Part shown: positions 58,155 through 64,000 of the stretch, piece by piece
Numbering within the stretch: the stretch's first letter is position 1
Layout of the letters: each line of letters starts with the position of its first letter
NCBI RefSeq assembly: GCF_037042905.1
Contig: NC_087251.1
Coordinates: forward strand, 19,842,001 to 19,906,000
DNA length: 64,000 nt
From: Lytechinus pictus
Lineage: Eukaryota
Reading direction: 5' to 3'
The notes under the pieces: generated by a model
The model's database searches: none
What the model was told of the DNA's origin: nothing
What the model saw: only the letters and a program-made list of their open reading frames with translations
Translations under genes and position numbers: made by a program

Positions 58155-60780
58155 TTTCTAGATAGTTTCCATTTTCAAAGAGCAAATCATGATTATAATT
58201 GTTAGGTGTTATGAATCAACAATATATTTAATATACATCAGGAATTTTATAGTTATTAAATTACATTTATTATCGCTTTTTACTCGCAACAAATTAAAAA
58301 ATTTCCAGAAAAAATTCCCTTAACATGTTGAACATACGGTTTTTACAAAATAAAAATCAAATCAACCCCCCCCCCCCAAAAAAAAAAAAAAAACACATAT
58401 AAGTTATATAATGCACTTTTATTTAAACTATCAATATCTTATGAACATAATGAACATGGGTAAATCATACATTTTCAGTGTGCCTATGATTTCGACACTC
58501 ATGTTTCCCATTTTACAATTCTTTCCGTTATGAATGTTATAAGTACAACTAATATTTCAAATTTATTTGGTTTTTTTCTTTGTATCTCATGAATGGCAAT
58601 TTGAGTGGAATGACCCTACCTAAATTAGTATCTCTTTGAACTACATCAATATGATGTGAAAATTTGTATAGAAATGCTAAATGTTAACTGCAAAATAAAT
58701 CCTTTCCTGCATACAAAGATCTTAGTGAAATTTTGATGAATATAATTCTGTATAATCTTGGAAATACCAAGAAAGTTCTTAATCAAGTGCTTACAGTTAT
58801 TTTGTTATGTCAAACATTCTATACATGAAACACTGATTGATTACATAAAACTTTTCTTTGATGAGCAATCAATGTACTTTAGTGCAGAGGGAATCTTCTC
58901 ACATATCTTATTTTCCCATGATCCTTACTTCTTTTTTTTATAGATTAGGCTATTCCGTTGATGTTGATGTGATTCTCGATACCATAATTATTTAAAAAAA
59001 TTAAATGTACCTCATTCCCAATGTGCGGTTAGTGCTGATATTAAGAGCATGAATCACTCTAACGTAATAGCGTACAACTCTGATACCAAATGCATGAATG
59101 TGCGTTTACATGAATAAAAGTCAACATCAAACTTGGAATTACCAACTGGGTATATGATGATACAGATTAATTCTTAATTTGTTAAAGTATCGTAAGACAA
59201 TAAAGTAATTCCGGTAATCTTATCCATGATACAAATGCTACGAAAAGAAAGATCTTATATTCAATGGATATTATATTAATTGAACAAATGTCTTTTTCAA
59301 GATTGGTTTCGAACTGCCATTCTGAAAATTTTTGCAGCCTTTGGTATTATTTAATCATTGGTGTTAAAAAAAACACTTAGGTTCTGTCATTGTTTTTGTT
59401 TTATTTTATTTCACTTTTACTTTTATCTTAGGGGTGTTATATGTACTGATTTGGGGTGAAGATTTTTTTTCCCGAAGGCCCTGAAATCGGACAATATTTA
59501 CAATAATTATGATGACATGACATGCAAAATAATCGGCACTGATGACCCACAATAAAATTAGAAGAACAAAGAAAGTAGAAAAGTTATTTATTGCGTCCAA
59601 TTGTATTGTGAAAAGGAGTTTAAGGATATGATTTTGTACAGTAACAATCTAAAGTTTGCAACGTGTATCCAACTTATTAACATGATTGAGGGGTTTAAGC
59701 GTCATAGAGCGGTGACAATGGGCTCACTTTGCAATCTAACTATAGCATAATTTCAAGCATGAAAATATCCCTCGTATGCATTGCCTTTCAACTATAATTT
59801 GGAATATTTTTTGTGTTTTTAACGTAAAAGTTGAAATGCCCCGCCCACTCTAAATGATCGAGCAACATCGCGGGAACTAGTTGATCCAGCATTACAATTA
59901 GGGGGAAAACAGTACGATAGGGAAAATACTGAAAATCTATACCCCATTGTCAGGTTGGTCATGGGAATGAATTCCATCCCTCATCTGAGGACACACCTCA
60001 AAATCCCTGAGAGCTACCTGGTCTCATGTTTGGACAAACTCTACAGGGGAGGTCATGACAAACACCTCTTCAAAATAAAAGAAAATGGGCCAGAGTGATG
60101 GGGAAGATGGATGAAGAGCGGTTTAAAAACAACATGTAACCATGTGAAGATTTAAACTGGGGAAGGGAATCCCAAAGATGTGTTACAAAATAAATATCCC
60201 GCACCAAACCCCATCTGGCCTACGTGCTATGTGAGACAACATTCTCCTAATCGCACAGGTGCGAATATACTTGATGTTAAGACACCCATAATCCTCGCGT
60301 GGAGTTTGGATCTGTGAACATGTTCACATAACACCATCCCTCCCAATTCCCCCAACACCCACACCCACACGTTGGCGGACACACACGCACATCTACCCTC
60401 ACTCATGCGCACACACACCCACACACCAGGCCGCTTTTTTTTTAAAGAAAACTAATTGCATATGCAACAATCGACATCCCATCTCCCTCTCATGTCCCTG
60501 CTTTGATCAGCACGTTTGTATCACCCTAATCATGCTAATACAATTGTTATTAAATTATGTTTGCAGTATTATAAACACGATTGAAATTCAGTACTGAATT
60601 TCTACTCTGCTTTTGTATTTTTATCTGTATCTTTACATGTCGCATGTGTTTTGATCAATTTACATAGCGCAAATAGAAGCCACTGAATATAGCCATAATT
60701 ACGGTGATAAACTGAACATTATACGTTTTCGGTGGTCAAAACTATGCATAGTTCTGGGGGAGGTGTGTGTTTGATATTTT

Positions 60781-60880
60781 TTATTATCATTATTATTATT
60801 ATCATAATTATCATCATTATTACTATTATATTATTACTATTATTATCATAATCATCATCATCATCATCATCATTATTATT
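60781..60880. repeat. (TAT/CAT)n tract
   Basis: Directly visible. Confidence 0.9.
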
Positions 60881-62996
60881 TCAACAATATTACTTTATTC
60901 GATTTTGGGTAAGAAATGTCTTAGAAATATCATGAAATTATAAGTCCATTTTTATCCTATACATGGTTCTATTCCTATATGTAAAGGAAATACATGAAAT
61001 GGGCGTGGCCGTCCATTTGCTATTGTGTAAGTATATACAAAGAATGATCCATAACACATTTACATAGTAAATCTGGGATAATTGAGAAAGCAGGAAAGTC
61101 CAGCATTAACCTCTATGTTAGGTGAAAAAAATTCAGAGGTACTTGAAGAACAAGAGGATCAGACGCCAAATCGAAGATTCTGACCAATAGCTTACCCCGA
61201 TAAATGCTCTATAATGACCTCTTAATCATCTAGGTCGAAGAAAAATCAGGGGGTTGGGGACTGAATAAGGGGTATCAGGCGCGCTCAGTGTTCTTACTCG
61301 TTAGATTATGTTAAACTCATTTAGTTTAAAAGTAAGATTTGTCTTCTAATTATTTACCTTCAATAAGCAGACTCTGCCGAGGCAAGCCAATTCAATTACA
61401 AAAGTTTTGTTTGTCATTGTGTGAAAATGTTAATTATCCAAGAACATTTTTTTTAAACCATCTATGAATGTAAAGTATGTAAAAAGCACGTAATATCAGC
61501 TCTATTATATTCAGGGTAAACAGTCATGTTAATATGCTGATTGGGAGACTTTGAATCTTGGTACGGAAAGATCTTTTTCAAAACCTGATAGGAGAACATT
61601 GGCATAAAAATTAAGCAAGCGAAGTGTCAAGCACAGCGCCTCGCGGATAGAATATGAGTTGTATTTCTCTGTAAAACATGGAATGGGGGAGAGCTCGTTC
61701 GTTGACTCCCTATATCCTCCCCCTATTCGCCACCCCTCTACGCGTTCTTCAATGAGAGGGGCTTGAAAATGAAGCTGCGATGTCGCCGACCCGTGTCCAA
61801 CCCGAGCCTTAACGGTGGAAACCCGAACCATGCTCCCTCTCGAAACCGCGCTCGTCGCCGGCGTTGACCCGTGGCCGATTCATGTGGTAAATACTCCACT
61901 CGGCTTTCACCCTTCGTGATCTCCAGGCTTCCACTGTAATCTCACACGCAGAGATGTAGGCTGAGATGCCTTAAAGTACGACAACCGGTAAAACTTTTCA
62001 AGCCATGTTGATTGTCAAACTTAATCATAATCAGAGTTCAATCAAACCGTCTTTTGACTCACAGGTATCACATTCAATGGGAAAATATATAACATAAGTT
62101 TCTTGAGCGGAGAGAGCATATTGATTTTAATTGTTTCTGGACGACAAACGTCAATTTAAAAACAGGTCGAGTTTTTGACGTCTACTCATATAAGTACTTC
62201 AAAGAATGACTCGACATTATCATCAGTCACCATTTTCCGAATGATTAGACTATTGCTAAAATGTGTTCGTATTTGGAGCAATCAAAAAGTCCAATTAGAT
62301 AACAATTTCCGTTAAACCGAAGAGACTTGCATCAAATCAAATTGGAAGGTAGTATAACATACCTTTAAATGCTCGTAAGAATCTCTTCAACAGACTGTAT
62401 AAGTTATTGACAAGTAGAAGCGGTCCACTCATAGCCTTACACTACAACTAATGGCTAGTTTTCACCACCCCAAAACGTCTTTATAATGCAAGGAATAATT
62501 AGGAATGCTTGACTTCAGTCCCACAGGTTTGTTTCGATGCTGGTCCTGTTTCGCGTTAGTCAGTTTCAACCCTAATTGATTTTATTGGCAAGTCCATTAA
62601 GATGTTGGCAGGTATACTGTTCGGTTTATGGACAATTAAGAAAGAAAAGTTGAAAGGGTCATCTTCGTTTAGAGGACGATCGACATTTCCCCACCTCCAA
62701 TGACATTTTGTTGGATGATATGAACATAACATAAAACAGTTTACTGCCGCTATCCTTAACTCAAAATTGAAAGATTTTTTGATGAAGCTTGAAGTGTTGC
62801 AAGTGAAGTCATGTCAGTCATTTTTGGTGGCAAGTTTTTATGTTGGTGAGATAGATTTCAGTAGCTTTGAACATCTTTCAGTGGAAATCATTGAGAAAAT
62901 GTTTCATAAAACCATCTTAGAATAAGGGGGGGGGGGAACTACCAGTCACAGGGGCCGCTTGTCGTGACAGAAAAAATGGCTCAATATTAATAAAGG

Positions 62997-63137
62997 CATG
63001 GCGGCGGAAGCCAAAAATTTTAGGGGACCACCAAAAATTTTTGACAAGCAAAAAAAAAGGTTATTAACCAAAATTTCAGGGAGGGAATACCAACATTTTT
63101 TGACAAGCCAAAAAAAAAAGGTTATCCGCCGCCTATG
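62997..63137. mobile_element. 141-bp non-autonomous hAT-like element
   Basis: Inverted ends CAT(A)GGCGGCGGA / TCCGCCGCCTATG. Perfect 8-bp duplication AATAAAGG at 62989-62996 and 63138-63145. Two internal units of about 55-60 bp (CCAAAAATTTT...TTTTGACAAGC...AAAAAGGTTAT). Confidence 0.85.
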
Positions 63138-63251
63138 AATAAAGGTCATTTATCGCAAGAGTCCCTAGTAATAACCGACGGACAGATTAGCTGGTAATGA
63201 TCGGCAAAGATTGTAATTTTCCATTATCAAATAAGAGGATCGCTATTCATG

Positions 63252-64000
63252 AACAAGTGGAATGCCTCTGGCGGTCTCACCTGCATCACGCGATTCAATA
63301 TAGCAGCAGTGCTGACTTTGAAAACTACTATAAAATAATTATTCACGAAAAACACCATAAATATAATGATACAATACTACGTTCATTAATATTCGACCTT
63401 GATCATGTGACCTAAAACTTGTCAGTTATACTTGATTACCCCTATATCCAAATTTTATACACTATATCTATAGACTTTGAAAGTTATGACAGCAATCTAA
63501 TAATTACCTCTAAAATGGCCAAAGTTCAAAGACCTTAAATGACCTTAACTTTGGTCATGTGACCTGAAACTCGCATGAGATGTTCAGTGATACTTGACTC
63601 TTATGTCCAAGTTTTATGAACTAGATCAATACACTTACACAGATATGATGGTAATTCAACAAATACCCCCAACATGGCCAATGTCCATTGACCTTGGTCA
63701 TGTGACCTGAAACTCGCACAAGATGTTCAGTGATACTTGGTTACTCTTATGTCCACGTTTTATGAACTAGACCAATACACTTACAGAGATATGATGGTAA
63801 TTCAACAAATACCCCCAACATGGCCAAAGTTCATTGACCTTACATGACCTTTGACCTTAATCATGTGACTTGAAACTTCCACAGGATGTTCAGTGATACT
63901 TGATTATTATTATGTTCATGTTTCATGAATCAGATCCATAAACTTTCAAAGTTATGATGGTAATTCAACATATACCCCCAATTTGGCCAAAGTTCATTGA
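63252..64000 (+). mobile_element. Tandem-array element (about 143-163 bp TGACCT-rich units), possibly a non-autonomous Helitron/Helentron type; runs off the window
   Basis: The word CATGTGAC recurs at 63404, 63556, 63699 and 63862, with shared GATGTTCAGTGATACTTG and ATGATGGTAATTCAACAAATACCCCC blocks. A unique head begins AACAAGTGG at about 63252. The tandem structure is certain; the superfamily is inferred. Confidence 0.7.

Noticed and set aside
63390..64000. CRISPR-like array
   Set aside because: Eukaryotic context, and whole units are homologous with no unique spacers.

Overview
AT-rich animal genomic DNA, most likely sea urchin (inferred from the protein and the repeat types). It holds one clear protein-coding gene, a two-exon Six1/2 (sine oculis-class) homeobox gene on the minus strand. 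Exon 1 CDS is 31949-31396, exon 2 CDS is 29828-29384, and the protein is 332 aa with a His-rich C-terminal tract. About 29 kb downstream and 32 kb upstream carry no other credible gene. They contain microsatellites, several well-bounded non-autonomous DNA transposons, tRNA-derived SINE remnants, a TGACCT-rich tandem-array element and many short GC/CpG-rich islands that look like cis-regulatory modules. The most unusual items: (1) an intact short-variable-loop tRNA cloverleaf with a UCA (opal-reading) anticodon and a Pol III terminator inside a (TA)n-flanked cassette; (2) CpG-rich islands that fold by eye into tight multi-branch structures and share words with each other and with the Six1/2 5' leader; (3) a stop-free, ATG-free in-frame extension upstream of the Six1/2 start codon. 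Motif and folding calls were made by eye and need computational confirmation.
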